NCBI RefSeq assembly: GCF_036321535.1
Contig: NC_087446.1
Location: 2,976,001 to 3,040,000 of the forward strand
Reading direction: 5' to 3'
Origin: Camelus dromedarius
Taxonomy: Eukaryota
Length of the DNA stretch: 64,000 nucleotides
Within the stretch, counting starts at the first letter, position 1, and the number at the start of each line of letters is the position of its first letter. The notes beneath the pieces were generated by a model. The model did not search any database and had not been told where the DNA came from. It worked only from the letters and a program-made list of their open reading frames with translations. A program made the translations under genes and the position numbers. This document shows positions 11,627 through 25,850 of this stretch, one piece after another.

Positions 11627-12951
11627 CTATGGAAATAGTTTCTCGGTGAGGTGGGAGTGAGCCCCATCTCAAACAGCACACCCATGGGATGGGGAGGAGG
11701 GCGGGGGGAGCAGGCAGGAGGCTCTCTTTGAACCACTAGAGGCAGCTGGGTTAGGCTGTACCCCACACAACACAAGGAGCAGTTCCAGCTGTGGGGCTGC
11801 CTGAGCCACAAGGAGCAGGGACAACTCCTTTAGAAAGTGGGCCGAGTGCCCTGCGTTAAAGCCACGAGCCTTCCTGCTGAGCCCTTGATGCGCCTGTGAC
11901 TTCTTTCACAGGCACTCCCTCCCCTCCACCATGTACCAACCTCCTCAGGGCAGGACATCAGGGCTGCCCCAATTTCTCTGTGCCAATTCCTCCCAACTGC
12001 CTCTGTGCACCCCCACCCCCATCACAGACATCCCCACCCTGCAGATGACATGAGCACAGGCCCTGGCGGAATCGAGGTGCCCAAGCTCCCCTGCGTCCTC
12101 TGACAGCCTCCCACTGGGGACAGGCTGGGAGCCCCCGCAGTCCTGCCCAGCAGGGCTGTCGCCTCCTCCTGTCTCAGGAACGCTTGGCTCTCTGGGACCC
12201 CCACTCCCCTCAATAGTAACAGGAAGGGGAAGCCACCTGGCCCAAACCAAGGTGGGGCATCTCCAAGAAACACGCCCCAGGGTGGGAGGAGGCATCCAGG
12301 TCTGAGCACCAGCCCCGCCCTGCGGGCAGGTCAGACCCTCGCTGGACCATCAGTCCTGAGGGCACAGCCCCACTGCCCACCGACCCCACCTCTGTCCTCC
12401 CACCTGGGCTGTGGACTCTCGTACCTGCCTCATCTCTGTCCCTGTCCCCTCCTTCCCATGAGGCCCAGTGCAGGCTCACGGTGCCCCCACCCCACAGCCG
12501 TCTGGGAGGAGGGAGAAGCACCCGGGCCGGGAGGGCCACCTTCTGATCCCATCTCTTCACGCAGTCCAAAATCATGACACTCACGCTCTGAGATCACCCT
12601 AACTCCCTTCATCAGGATGGACTTTTTCTGCAGCCTAGCACTGCCTTCATGTAATGGAAAACAATTCTACGCACAAGGACGTAACACAGGACTCAAGAGT
12701 GCAGTCGGCCTGAATCAGACGAAGTCCTCTTCTGTTAGCCGCAACGTGTAAAACGGAACTGCATCTCAAAACACACCCCCTAGTCACAGCTACGACCGCC
12801 CTCCCTGTCACCACACGCACCCCTCCCGGCGGTCTCTGATCACGGGCCACCGCGGAAAGGACTGTCAGCATCTCGTCCAAGTTTCTGGAGCTCAAACTCG
12901 CCCGTGACTCGAGGAGCTTAGCATGAAAAGCAGCCCCAGGTTGCGTCTCAC

Positions 12952-13018
12952 CTTTATGCGTTCCCAGAACTTCACTGTCTTCTATAGAAATAAATTTACC
13001 AGGTCGAGGCTGTAAATA
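12952..13018 (-). CDS. TRMU: TRMU exon 7 ([22 protein letters not shown])
   Basis: cag/GTGAG boundaries, 67 nt. Confidence 0.97.
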
Positions 13019-13102
13019 CTGGAAAACAAGTGCTTCGTTACTAATGGATCCAGGTCCAGCGCAGAAACGTGACTCCACCCCTTTGCAGCAAAGAACACTC
13101 AC

Positions 13103-13156
13103 CTGGAGGATGAAATTTTCAAAATTTCTTTTACCAACGAAACAGATGCCCATGCT
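13103..13156 (-). CDS. TRMU: TRMU exon 6 ([18 protein letters not shown])
   Basis: cag/GTGAG boundaries, 54 nt; carries the second conserved catalytic Cys (SMGICF). Followed by an 84-nt intron. Confidence 0.97.
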
Positions 13157-14102
13157 CTGGAACAAGAAGGAGGCCGACCGTTAGACGGGACGGCCGGCAC
13201 CAAGACAGGAAGCGGCTCCACTCAGTCCCGCCGGAGTCGGGGAGGCAGGGCCTCCGTGTGCCTCCCCCGCCCTGAACCTCCCTGCCCTCTGGGCCAGGGG
13301 CCTGGCTTTTCTCCTGAACACCAGACGCCAGTCACAGCCACAAATAGACCTTGAGGGGCTTATTCCAGGCCCCAGACTCCGACCTCGCCAGCTACGTAAG
13401 CAGCGCCAGGCCACTCGCAACCCAAGAGGGTGAACAAGACAACGTGGGAGGGACGGGTGCGGGGTCTTCCTTGGGGATGACGACTTGCCGACAAAGGCAC
13501 AGCCCTGCCCACACCCGGAGGACACTTGGCCTCACCCTGACATGGCCCGGCCAGACCGAGCACCCCAGGGAGTGCCGCGCTCACTGGGACCCCATCACAC
13601 CCCTCCTCTAGCTCCAAGCCCCTACCACACTGGCTTCACCTCAACTCCACCGCCACGCCAGCCCCCACCCCCAACATCCCTGGGACACTAAACCCCATTC
13701 ACCCCCGAGGCCTGAGGGTAAACACACTTTCCTCGCAGGCCTTCCCTGGCACCTATCTCTAAATGAGAGCCACTGTCCTTTTCTCTCACCAGGTCCTGTA
13801 CCTCCTCTCAAAAACCCCTCTAAGTTTACAACGGTAGGTCTGTCTGTCTGTCTGCCCCCGACCCCGGACTTCAGCTCTGCGAAGGCAGGGACGAAACTGT
13901 GCTCCTCACCGCATCCGCAGAGGCCAGCAGCACAGAGCCGGGCCCAGAGGACGCACCTGACGAGGCTGGGCGGACGCGTGGGCGGACACAGAAGGTCCAG
14001 GTGCCAGCTGGGCGTCTGGGGGCCCGGTCCGTACCGCCCCGCTCTCACCTGGCAGCTGAGCCCAGGGCATCCCAGTGAGCTGCCAGGCTGCTGGGAAAGT
14101 CA

Positions 14103-14534
<432 letters not shown>

Positions 14535-15242
14535 TTACCCCCTGGTCTGGCAGAAACAAAGGTCGACAAGCAACAGCAGATTTCCAGAAAAAAGAACCGC
14601 CGTGGGTAAGGTAAGAAAAACTCTCACCCCTAATTTACCTACTGTTGAAAAGAAAACCAGGAAAGAGCCCTCACGTAATGAGGACATTGATTCCAGCTCA
14701 CACGCCTGACTGCAGTATTTTCAAAGATTACAAAAAATGTTACAAGGTGATAAGAAAAAAACAAATCCAGCCACATTTGGGGAAAGTGGATGAGACAAGA
14801 TACAGAAAACTGGGCCGGAACAGTGTCAGCGGCGCTGTTTTCTAACAACCACGGGACGTGCCCGTGGCCCGAGCATTCTCGAGGACTCTCTCAACCTCCC
14901 AGGCTCCACCGGCGGGGACAGACTGTGCCCCACCACAGCAGCACTCAGCCTCTAAAGGCCTCCCTTCTCAGCAAAGGCGGGTTTTGTGGAGCCCAAGCGG
15001 ACATGTGTCAGGTGCCCCCTGCGGGTCCCCTCACTTCCTAGGTCATTGCAAAGACCCACACCGGCTCTCTGGCAGCGGTGCAGAGGTGTGACCGACTCTG
15101 AACACAGAATGCTGTTCAGAAAAGAAGGTCCGGCTCTGTCTCCCGGCCCGCTCAGTCCTGCCTGGCACGTGTGACACAACTTTCATGACCACAGACCCTG
15201 GGTGCCCTGCTCTGAAGTTCAGGGACCAATGGAGAAAACTGG

Positions 15243-15400
15243 ACACAGTGCTAGTGTTATGGGTTCTTTCCACGTGTCGCACATCCTGGGCTAAGCCCTA
15301 TGATAGAATTATCCCCATTTCACAGACGAGGAAACTGAGGCTCATCAAAGTGACTTGCCCACAATGCTGCAGGCAGGCAACGGCAGAGCTGGAAACTGAC
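15243..15400 (-). mobile_element. MIR SINE
   Basis: Core ccccatttcacagacgaggaaactgaggctc...aagtgacttgccc. Confidence 0.75.
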
Positions 15401-16334
15401 TTCACCACTTCTCATGCACAAAGCAAAAATCAATTGAAAAGAGAAAAACAAAGTTCAGTCAACCAGTCATCAGGTTGACAGAGTCATTTGCAAAATGCTA
15501 TTTTTTGTTTTAAAACTAAATTCAGTCAAACAGTGTAAGCGTGTATAAAAGCCTCAGAATACGGGGGCAGTTTGCAATTTCTCAAAGTTCTGAGTTATTT
15601 TAAAGCAAACTCAAAATCTATGATTTTTATAAAGGCAATCAGGCCACCCTAGACCACGGAGAGGACCGCCCACTGGGGAGATCGGCCCATGCCGGGAGCC
15701 TGATGCCACACCTTCACACTGGCCAGCCAGGGTGCCACCTGCCACTTGGACAGGCGAGGACACTGGCCCGGGGCTTCAGGGCCGGCCAATCTGGGGCTGG
15801 CTCTGCTGCCCATGTGCACTATCCCCAAGGACCCAGGCCAGGAGGCCCTACTCCAGGTCACCAGGGCAACTAAGTAAGGAAAATAAAACTTCCAGATGCC
15901 TAAAAAACACCCAGAGGACTAAGACACTGTGGTATCGTCAGAACAACTACACAGAACAAAGCCCGTGCCAACGCAGTCAGACGCCTGAGTGCCTGCCACT
16001 CCTGTTACGACTGACACACATTCTCTCAAACACCGCGGGAGCCTCTGCATTACCCGTGCACGGCATCTAGATGGGCCACGAGCTCCGGCTTCAGTCCCCA
16101 CCAGCCCTTCCCCAGGCACCGGCCGGGTCTCCTCCTGTTACCAATCAGAACCCTCGGGGGAAATGACCCTCCCAGTAACTGTCCTTCTTCGAAGAGGAAA
16201 CCAAAACCAGCAAGCTAGTCTGGGACTCACAGAGAGGAGTCTGCTTGGTGTGCTCACACAGCCCACTGCCATTCTTCAAAAGAGCCCACTCTGTTCATGG
16301 ATAATTAAGCTCTGACCCAGGCGCTTTTACTTAC

Positions 16335-16457
16335 CATTTCTAATTTCAAATCGATTTCTGAAAAGCCCTTCTGGCCTCTTAATGTGCTTCTGCTGGAAAA
16401 CCTCTTCATCTTCCAGGGAAGTTCGTGCATAGTGACCTGTAGCAACCGCATCTGCTC
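16335..16457 (-). CDS. TRMU: TRMU exon 4 ([40 protein letters not shown])
   Basis: cag/GTAAG boundaries, 123 nt; ATGHYAR motif. Confidence 0.97.
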
Positions 16458-17481
16458 CTGGGAGGTTTGTAAAAACACCAGGATGTGACTTGAGACTGGC
16501 ACCTGCTGGCCTCGGCCGGTACGAGCCGAGTGCTCAAAGGAGGGACAGACACCACGTCTTACACCAGATGGCCTGCACAGATGCCCCGCCCAGCTCTCCA
16601 ACGCCCAGGTCCCCAGGAACAGAGGCGCCCCATAACGCCTGTTGCGCAAGTGCCTTTCAGTCTTTAAGCTGATGTGATCTTGCTACAAGGTTTTACTGCC
16701 TCTTTAGGAGCCTTTCAAAAGCTAGTATCTATCTACTCGTTCATTCTAGCTTGAGGAAAAGGCAGATATTCACGCAAAGACCTAAGTACAAAGACCTCAT
16801 TTCAGTGTTTCCTGCAAACACAAAACATTCACCGCCAGGGGAATGTGAAGTCACTTAAAGCGCCACCGTCATTTCAACAGCGCCACTTGCAAAGAGCTGT
16901 TGATGGCATGGGAATGCGCTTATGATATTGCTCAGCTGGGAAAAGTGTATATGACCCCATTTTTTTTGGTAACGTACAGAAAAAAAATGAAGACAAGTAT
17001 CAGTAAGTCTCCTCCTTTGATTCTGGGAGGTGAAACTGCAGATGACACTTTTCCTCTGTTTACTCTTCTGTAGCTTTAAATTTTTTTCAGTAAATTGGTA
17101 TTATTGTTATTACAGTGAAGGACCTTCCAGCATATTCAATTTCTTCTTTTCACACTATGCAGAGAGATGAAAGAAACTACCAAGGTACATGTTAGCCCGT
17201 AATCGTTTCACTGTGTGAAAGTGAAATTTTCAGACACTCAGTCTTGCAAGAGACGTTTTCCTGGAAGGGGCAGCAAAACTGATTCAAGACTTAACCAACC
17301 AAAGCAGCTCAGTGTAAAACAAAGGGCCCAGGACGAATTCACTGGTGCACACTAACTGCCTGATAAAGCACCTTTAGGGCCACATTATTATATCTTGCCT
17401 GATTTTCTAATAGAGGAAGAAACACTTTAAATCTATTTCCTTAAAGAACCACCACTTATACTGCAAGAAATGTAGGTTTCA

Positions 17482-17589
17482 GGGGGGTAGGGATAGCTCA
17501 GTGGTAGAGTGTGTGCTTAGCATGCACGAGGTCCTGGGTTCAATCCCCAGTACCGCCATTAAATAAACCTAATTACTACCCACCCCCCG
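17482..17589 (+). mobile_element. tRNA-Ala(AGC)-derived SINE (camelid vic-1 type) in TRMU intron 3
   Basis: A box TAGCTCAGTGG 17494-17504, anticodon arm TTAGCAT, B box GGTTCAATCC 17537-17546, family tail aaataaacctaattac. The acceptor stem does not pair. Confidence 0.85.
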
Positions 17590-19326
17590 TTTTTTTTTTT
17601 TTTTAACGCAGGGTTCCTTGTGAGAAGCCCCGCGATTCCAGACATCTGGGTTTCATGCATCTTGATTCTGTGTCACACTGTTCATGTGGTAAATTCAGAC
17701 TCAGAAACATTTACTGCAGAAATTCTTCCAAAGCGTCCCCACAGGATGACCACTTCAGGGATCCCTGAAAAGCTAAGGTGACGGGGAGCTTCGCCCTCTG
17801 TGCAGCGAGCACCATTCCCCTCTGAAGCGCCGTCCGTGCCTCCCCTGGGTGAGGCCTTTCTCCCGTGCGTCCCGGCTCTGCCCTCTGGGTCACACGTCAA
17901 GCCTGTTATGATGGCCCTGAACATCGTCAGACGGCACGTTTCCCACAGTCTCAAAATCAAAATCAACACATACTCCATGAGTCTCGCTCTTTTTCCCGAG
18001 TAAATGGAACTTAATGCAGCCACTAGCGGTGGGCTACCAGGTGCGGACCCAGCAGACCCCTCCTCCTCCCTCAGGCGTCCTGACCGCAGGCGAACTTGGG
18101 CTGTGTGGGCTCCCAGCCAGCCCGAGGCTCTCGGGGTCCCAGATCCCAGGTACTCCCAGCCCTGGACCAGGGGAATCGATCCTGAACCTAGGGAGCAAAC
18201 TCTGCATTCAGCTCCCTCGATCTCATGGTTTTGGTGTCAGCCACATTCCACCTTGTTGAGACTTCAGCTCGTTACTCTTGCAGGCACCTTCACTACCTAA
18301 CTCCATGAGCCAACTTTTCATCATCATTGTCTCCGCTACAGGTCACCTTACATCGACTGGCAGGCTTACTCTGTCCCCTTTTAGGTCATGACGAAGTGCT
18401 GACAGGACAGAGCGGCCAACAGTCCTGCGGCACACTGGATTCCGGGCGCACAGTGTGTCTGGGCACGCGGCCAGGCACAGCAGGGTGAGTAGCAACGGCC
18501 AGGATCCAGAACTTCAGAAACTTATCACGGTGATCCCAGCAGCAGGGGACAAGAAAAAGAACCTGAATTCACAAGAGCACAGCCACAGACACCAAGAGGA
18601 GCCTAAGCAAGCAGGTCAGCACCAGGAGGGTCAGCATAAAGGAACGGGCTGTCCCACCAGGCAGACGGAAATGGAAAGCAGGAATCTGGGAACAGACGTG
18701 ATCCCAGGCAGCCGGTCAGTGGCAGCAGGGCCCTGAGCATAAACAGGCTTTTAGAACAGACCATTGAGACACAGCTCAAAGCAGAGAAACTAAATAGAGA
18801 CCCAGGATCCAGACTCAGCTACATACCCAGACCTGTCCTCCAGACAAAGCAGAAACCTACTTTTAATACAAGAGAGGTCGGTAGGACTAGCCAAAAGGAT
18901 GACTAACAAGAAATTCGATGCTGAGTTTCTTAAGCCCTAACCAGGCTCCTGAAGCTTCCGCTCTGTACGTTCACATCTGGAAGCAGAGCTACCCTGAGCA
19001 AAGCTGAACCTGCAGGCAGGGTCTAGTGGCCCCACCTCTCAACTCTTCAGCCGTGATCCGACATGTCTGTCCTCGGGGTTTTCTGAAGGGGGCTCTCCTG
19101 CCCTTACAGCTGTGCGGACCACGACAGAGAGGCAGCCCCCAGCCCCACCCCTGGGAACTTATCACTTGTGCACGGCCAGAGAGCTCCTCCTTATTCAGTG
19201 AAACGTGACCATTTTCACTGCTTCCTTTCCTTCTGAAAGAGGAAACTATTTACAAGGTTTTGACTTCTGGCTTTCTCTGAAAAATCTGCTGGTTTTTAAA
19301 AAGACAAATGAAGATAATCCAAATTA

Positions 19327-19509
<183 letters not shown>

Positions 19510-20439
19510 CTAAGAGTTTCTCCTTGTCTTAACAAAACTAGAATTTCCTGCAAACAGGAGAGCGTCAGGATACAGCCAGTTCCAACACTTCCACCAAACG
19601 TTTGTTTAAAGCCAGCTGTGCTTTCCATCCGAACCTCTGACGACTAATAAGGCAGAAGGAAAACTGAGGCGTGGCTACCTGCCGCCCTGGCTCCCCGGGG
19701 GCTCCCAGGATACGCGGAGAGGGATGTGAGGGGCTCACTGCGCTCTGGCTCCCTTGGGCCCCTCGATCACAGGCAGGCTTAGGTGCGGAAGAGACTCAGC
19801 CGGAGTCAGAATAGGAATAAAACAACCCAGAGTTACAGCTCGGGGCTCAGCCAGCCACTTCGCCATCTCAGCATGGGAACCCAGGTCACTGGGCAAATAC
19901 ACTAAAAAAATACTTTTTTTAATGTGACCAACACATATGTCTGAGGACTAGCAACCCCCTGGTGCTGAGCAGTGGATCCGGCATCCTCATAAGTGGGTTT
20001 CTGCTCTAACAGACTGGACATGGGAGGAGGAGGGTTCAGCAAGAATTTCCCGGTCTTAGGAGTATTCACTTCAAGAGGGCTGTGATGCCCATTTCAGGAG
20101 TTTTAAATTGGGTGTATTTCTGGTGTCTGTGACCATTTTTTCATTTAACCTGAAGCTCTCCACTGATTAGCAATGGTTTGAAAAAAAAAAACGGTGCTCA
20201 AGACGGCCGTGTCACGAAGGCAGATGAACAACCTGCACGGGCTCGGAGACCACATGTGCATTTTCAGCTCCGGCAGGCAAGGCCGGACCGCGCGCCCACC
20301 GCCTGCCACTCCTCCCAGGACTGCAGAAGACGCGTGCCACTCCGTATTTTCAACACTTGATGCTACTACACTCGCTCCTCCTCCTTCTTCTAATTGTTGC
20401 AAAGTTGTCAAGAGGTTCACCAAGCCGTAAACTACTTAA

Positions 20440-20590
20440 GTAGTTCCCGTCGAGTCATTTGGCAGCCGTCCCGGTGATCAGCTCGACTATCAAGGATCGC
20501 AGTGCTTGTGCTCAAGTGATCTTTATTTTACTTAGTAACGTCCCCAAAGCACAAGAGTGGTGACACTGGCAACTCGGATAGTCTCTTCCT
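20440..20590. mobile_element. MER44/Tigger7-like DNA transposon fragment
   Basis: gcagtgcttgtgctcaagtgatctttattttacttagtaacgtccccaaagcacaagagtggtgacactggcaactcggata closely matches recalled MER44 text. Confidence 0.6.
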
Positions 20591-20889
20591 GTGCCCACCT
20601 TGTAAATCGAACATTATCAGGGCGTGTATGGACAGGGAACATCGTGTACATGGGGTTCAGTTCTGTCTGTGGTTTCGGGCATCCCTGGGGACCAAGGGGA
20701 CAAGGGGGACGAGTACCTAGATTTCTTGCTATGGCCTCAATCCCTGCAGTGCTCAAAGGAATCCCCCAAACCAGCTTTCTCCGCCCATCCGGCCTTGATC
20801 ATGAAGCCATCACTGACTCTTCCTCACTTTCTCTTGCCCCCACGCTCAACAGGCACCAAGCCTATCACACTGCTTCCCAAAGTAAGACC

Positions 20890-21003
20890 TGGAGGACCCC
20901 CTCCACAGAATCAACTGAAGTGTCTGTTAAAGTGCAGATTCCAGGGCCCCATCCCAGACCCAGGTCCAGACGTGTGTTTAACAAGCACCCCAGCTGATTC
21001 CTT
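20890..21003. mobile_element. MER5A-like (hAT-Charlie) MITE fragment
   Basis: tgttaaagtgcagattccagggccccatcccagacc...gtgtttaacaagcaccccagctgattc motif. Confidence 0.65.
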
Positions 21004-21179
21004 AGCCTGACATCCACCGCCCAGAGGATCTGTCCGCAGGGACCTGTCACAGCCAGCCTTCACCTCCCCTCCACGCTCCCACGTTATTCCAAGTCCCTAG
21101 CATTTCCTGAGACTCTCTGCCCACAGTCTCCTCCCATAATTTATCCTACACTTGGTTGCCAGATTTATCCTTTTAGTAA

Positions 21180-21400
21180 TGAAAATAACACATGCTACAC
21201 TTGTTGCTTCTAATATACCAGGCACTGTGCTAAGCGCTCTGTACACAATCTTATTTCATTCTTACTATACCTCTGTGAGCCTTTATCCCCATTTAAAGGA
21301 TAAAAAAAGGAGGCTTAGAAAAGTCAAGTAAATTGCCCAAGATCACACAGTAAGTGGCAGAATCAGGAGAGAACCCAAGGATGTTCTGACACTAAAGCAT
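21180..21400 (-). mobile_element. MIR SINE
   Basis: ccaggcactgtgctaagcgct...ccccatttaaagg...aagtaaattgcccaagatcacacag. Confidence 0.75.
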
Positions 21401-22323
21401 AACCCACCCCTGCCCGTCACTGCTGCCTCAGATGTCTTCACCGGCCACCCCAGGCTCACGGCCCTGTCAAGGCTCACAAGACTCCAGCCCCAAGCATCCT
21501 TCCTCCGCAGCAAAAGGGTCTGGCCAAATTTTTCAGCAGTCCTGAAATAGAGGAGGGCCCTCTCCTCCTCTCAGCACTGCTCCTGCTGTCCCACTCGGAA
21601 TGTCTTCTCTAGTCTCATTATTTTCAAGGGCAGGTCAAATCTCACCTCTTCCACGACGCCCTCCTGACCACTCCACATGACACATTTCTCCCTCCTCTGA
21701 ACCTGCAGCATTTTAACAGAACCTCGGGTGCTTCCTGCGTGCCACTCACCACCATCTTTACCTCTTCTGACAGTCCAGTCCTCTGCCCGGCTGGCCTGTG
21801 AATCCGCACAGAACAGGACTGTGGCTTGCACACCTTTCCGTTCCCGAGTTTACCGGTGCCTGATGCAGGGTAAGCTCTTGAAAACAATTGTCGGGGTTAT
21901 ACTGAATTTTTACAGTTTTTTGTCTGCTTGTTTCTTGTTTTCAAAAGGCACAGGGGAGTGGGTCACCTAACTCTTTTTCTCAGAAACCCTGAATCGCTGA
22001 CCCACATGGATGCCTGCAAGGATACTCATCCCGTGGCACCTCCCAGGGAAGGCCTCAGCCTCAGGTCCCCTACACTAATTTAGCAGCAGAAACATCTCAA
22101 GGTTCCAAAGACATTAAAGAGACTTCTGGCTGGGGGCACAGTAGCAGGAGTACGGGCTGGGGGCGCTCTGGGATCCAGGCATCTAACACAGGGCCTGCAG
22201 GGCGGCTAAGGCCTCCCACACACGGTCTTTGGCACCACTGCCAAAACACAAAGCACTGGCTGCAGGCTGTCAGCCTGGCTGAGTACGGCCATCCCGCCCT
22301 TGGAAAGGGCTCACAGAACATCA

Positions 22324-22542
<219 letters not shown>

Positions 22543-22779
22543 TTAAAGAGAGGGTGTAACATCACCCTGGGGGGAAAAGGCAGCGATTTCCAACCTTTCA
22601 CGTGCCTCTGCGCACTGGTGTGCCTGGCAGTCCCACTCTGCCACGGGGCCTTCGGCGCTCTGGTCACATTGCAGTGCAGACCACCCCTGACTCTCCCGGC
22701 TAAAACTCCCTCCCCCGCCTCCCACTGCACTCTGTACAGGCCTCCACCAGCACAATACAGTATTGCGCTGAATTGTCTG

Positions 22780-22895
22780 CCTGTATCCCCAAGATATGAG
22801 CACGATGTTATTTTCCCTTCTTCGTGTCCCCACACTGTGTCAGCACAATGCCTGGCACACAAAGAGGCTGAGCAAATGTGTGCTGATTGAATGAA
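22780..22895 (+). mobile_element. L2 3' end
   Basis: cagcacaatgcctggcacacaaagaggctgagcaaatgtgtgctgattgaatgaa. Confidence 0.65.
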
Positions 22896-24404
22896 AGACG
22901 AAATTGAACAAAATGTTTCAAAGCAACTAAAAACCACCATTCAGTTACCAGAGAAGTAAAGTCATTTCAAAAGTCACTTCCAATTTTCATCTAAGAATGA
23001 GATTCCAAGTTGTTAGACATAAAGACAATTAAAATTGGGGATATTTTATTACAAAGACTGCACAATCTCTACATTTTGAGAACTTTTTTTTCTCTTTTCT
23101 GTTGCTGACAAAGTACCCTACCAAATACTGGGAAGATCAACTTTAGAATGACACAGGCACCTATGATGTATGAGAAATCTGTTTCTTCTGGGCAGTCTCA
23201 GTGTAAGGAAAGACAGGGCATTTGACTGTAAGAGGTTCAATTCAGTACTCCACAGAACAGAGATTCAATGACAAAGCTTTACCAAAGCTAAAATGCCACA
23301 TTAGCAAGACCACCTCCCATCCCAGCAGGTAACAGGCCCTTCCTTCTCTGTTTCCCAAGCCACCTGACTCTGTGTCTCTTACCGCGTACAGCACTCTGGA
23401 CTCTAGTAGTTTACCTGTGGCCACTGCAACTCACTAAGGCACAGAGCTCCTCAATCTGCAGGCGCTGTGTCTCAAACAACCAGGTGTCCCCAGTGCCCCG
23501 CAGTGCCCAGCACAGCATGAGCTTAAACAGAACGAATAAACAACTCCACACCCAGAGCTTCAAAAATCGCCTCTCCTACAGACTCACTGCCTGACTGTCT
23601 TTCTCCTGGAGACGTGACCCACATTCACGGCCCAGGCCCAGGCACTCCAGGATGGGACCTCAGCACCTCGCTCGTCCTTAACTTTCCAGGATCTGCGCGA
23701 CAGAACACACACCTCCAACAAGACTGGGGAAGCCCTCAATGCCAAGAGGTGTGGCCCACGCTTTTTCTCTGCTATGTCCACCAGCTTCCCCGACGGAGGA
23801 GGAAAAACCCAAGGAAGGCTGGAACATCAAGTTGTACAGTGTGGATTCTAGGCAGGAGGGAGGGCTTACCTTCCTGAAGTGGTAAAATACATCGCATCTC
23901 CCCACGGCCAGCCTGCCACATCTAGAACATGTTGCAGCCCTTGTTAGAACCCTCCAAGGACCTAACAGTCTCGAGTCCCTGACAGAACATGTTCTATAAC
24001 CAGAGCTCAGCCTGCTTCTCTGCCCCATCATGCCAACACTTTCATGCCTCTGAGCTTTTGCTCCTGCTGCTGGCTCTGTCAGAAGTGCTTTCCTCCTTAC
24101 TTGATGGCTCCATATCTTTGCTCAGTGAAATCCTACGCTTCCTTAGAGCCTTGTAACCGTGGACTCGAGATGAGTCTAGGCCTCCCATCTTCCGCGCTGG
24201 CGCCTCAACTCACAAACCTTTCTCTGCTCCAAACTGGAACTTTGGGTTTGTTTGCATCAGACGTGAACTGGGTGCGACAATAAAATCAGCTCAAACACCA
24301 CCACCTCTGTAATGCTTTGATTCCCCCTTTCTTGCAATGTACATTCTTAGTCTGTCTAGACTTCTATTTAACACTTTATTATACCTTCCATAATAGTTAT
24401 GATT

Positions 24405-24570
24405 AATATGAACTAATAACCAGTACTGTTTTCTGAGTGCCTAATCCGTGCTGGGCACTCGGTAAACACTTCGTGTGTATTATGTCATTTAACCCTTCCA
24501 GTAAGCCTGTGAGGTAGGTGTTCCTTCATTTTACAGAGAGGGAGAGCTTAATCAGCTTATCCCAGGTCAG
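24405..24570 (-). mobile_element. MIR SINE
   Basis: ctgagtgcctaatccgtgctgggcact...cctgtgaggtaggt...cattttacagag. Confidence 0.65.
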
Positions 24571-24799
24571 GAACCTTGCATTCACTCTGCATTCCAAGTG
24601 CCTAGCACGAAAGGTGGCGCACAGCAGAGTCCACACATGTCATCAGGCCCCACAATGAGAAAGGGCCACACAGACGGGGAATGCAGACGGGCCGTTCATC
24701 TCTGCTTCCGACCCTGGGCACTCTTTAGATAGCTGAAGAAAGGCCAGCGCTTCTGCGCAAGTTTGTCATCCACTGAACGGAAAGCACAATCGTTATTTA

Positions 24800-25850
<1,051 letters not shown>

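Noticed and set aside
17482-17560. Possible functional tRNA-Ala(AGC) gene (also the copies at 44200, 55055 and 57630)
   Set aside because: The acceptor stems do not pair, all share a SINE-specific tail, and one has a perfect TSD. These are retroposed SINEs.
18237-18327. Possible intronic C/D snoRNA in TRMU intron 3 (ATGATGA...CTGA on the - strand)
   Set aside because: No terminal stem, no convincing C'/D' boxes and no recognised rRNA guide; the motif co-occurrence is at chance level.
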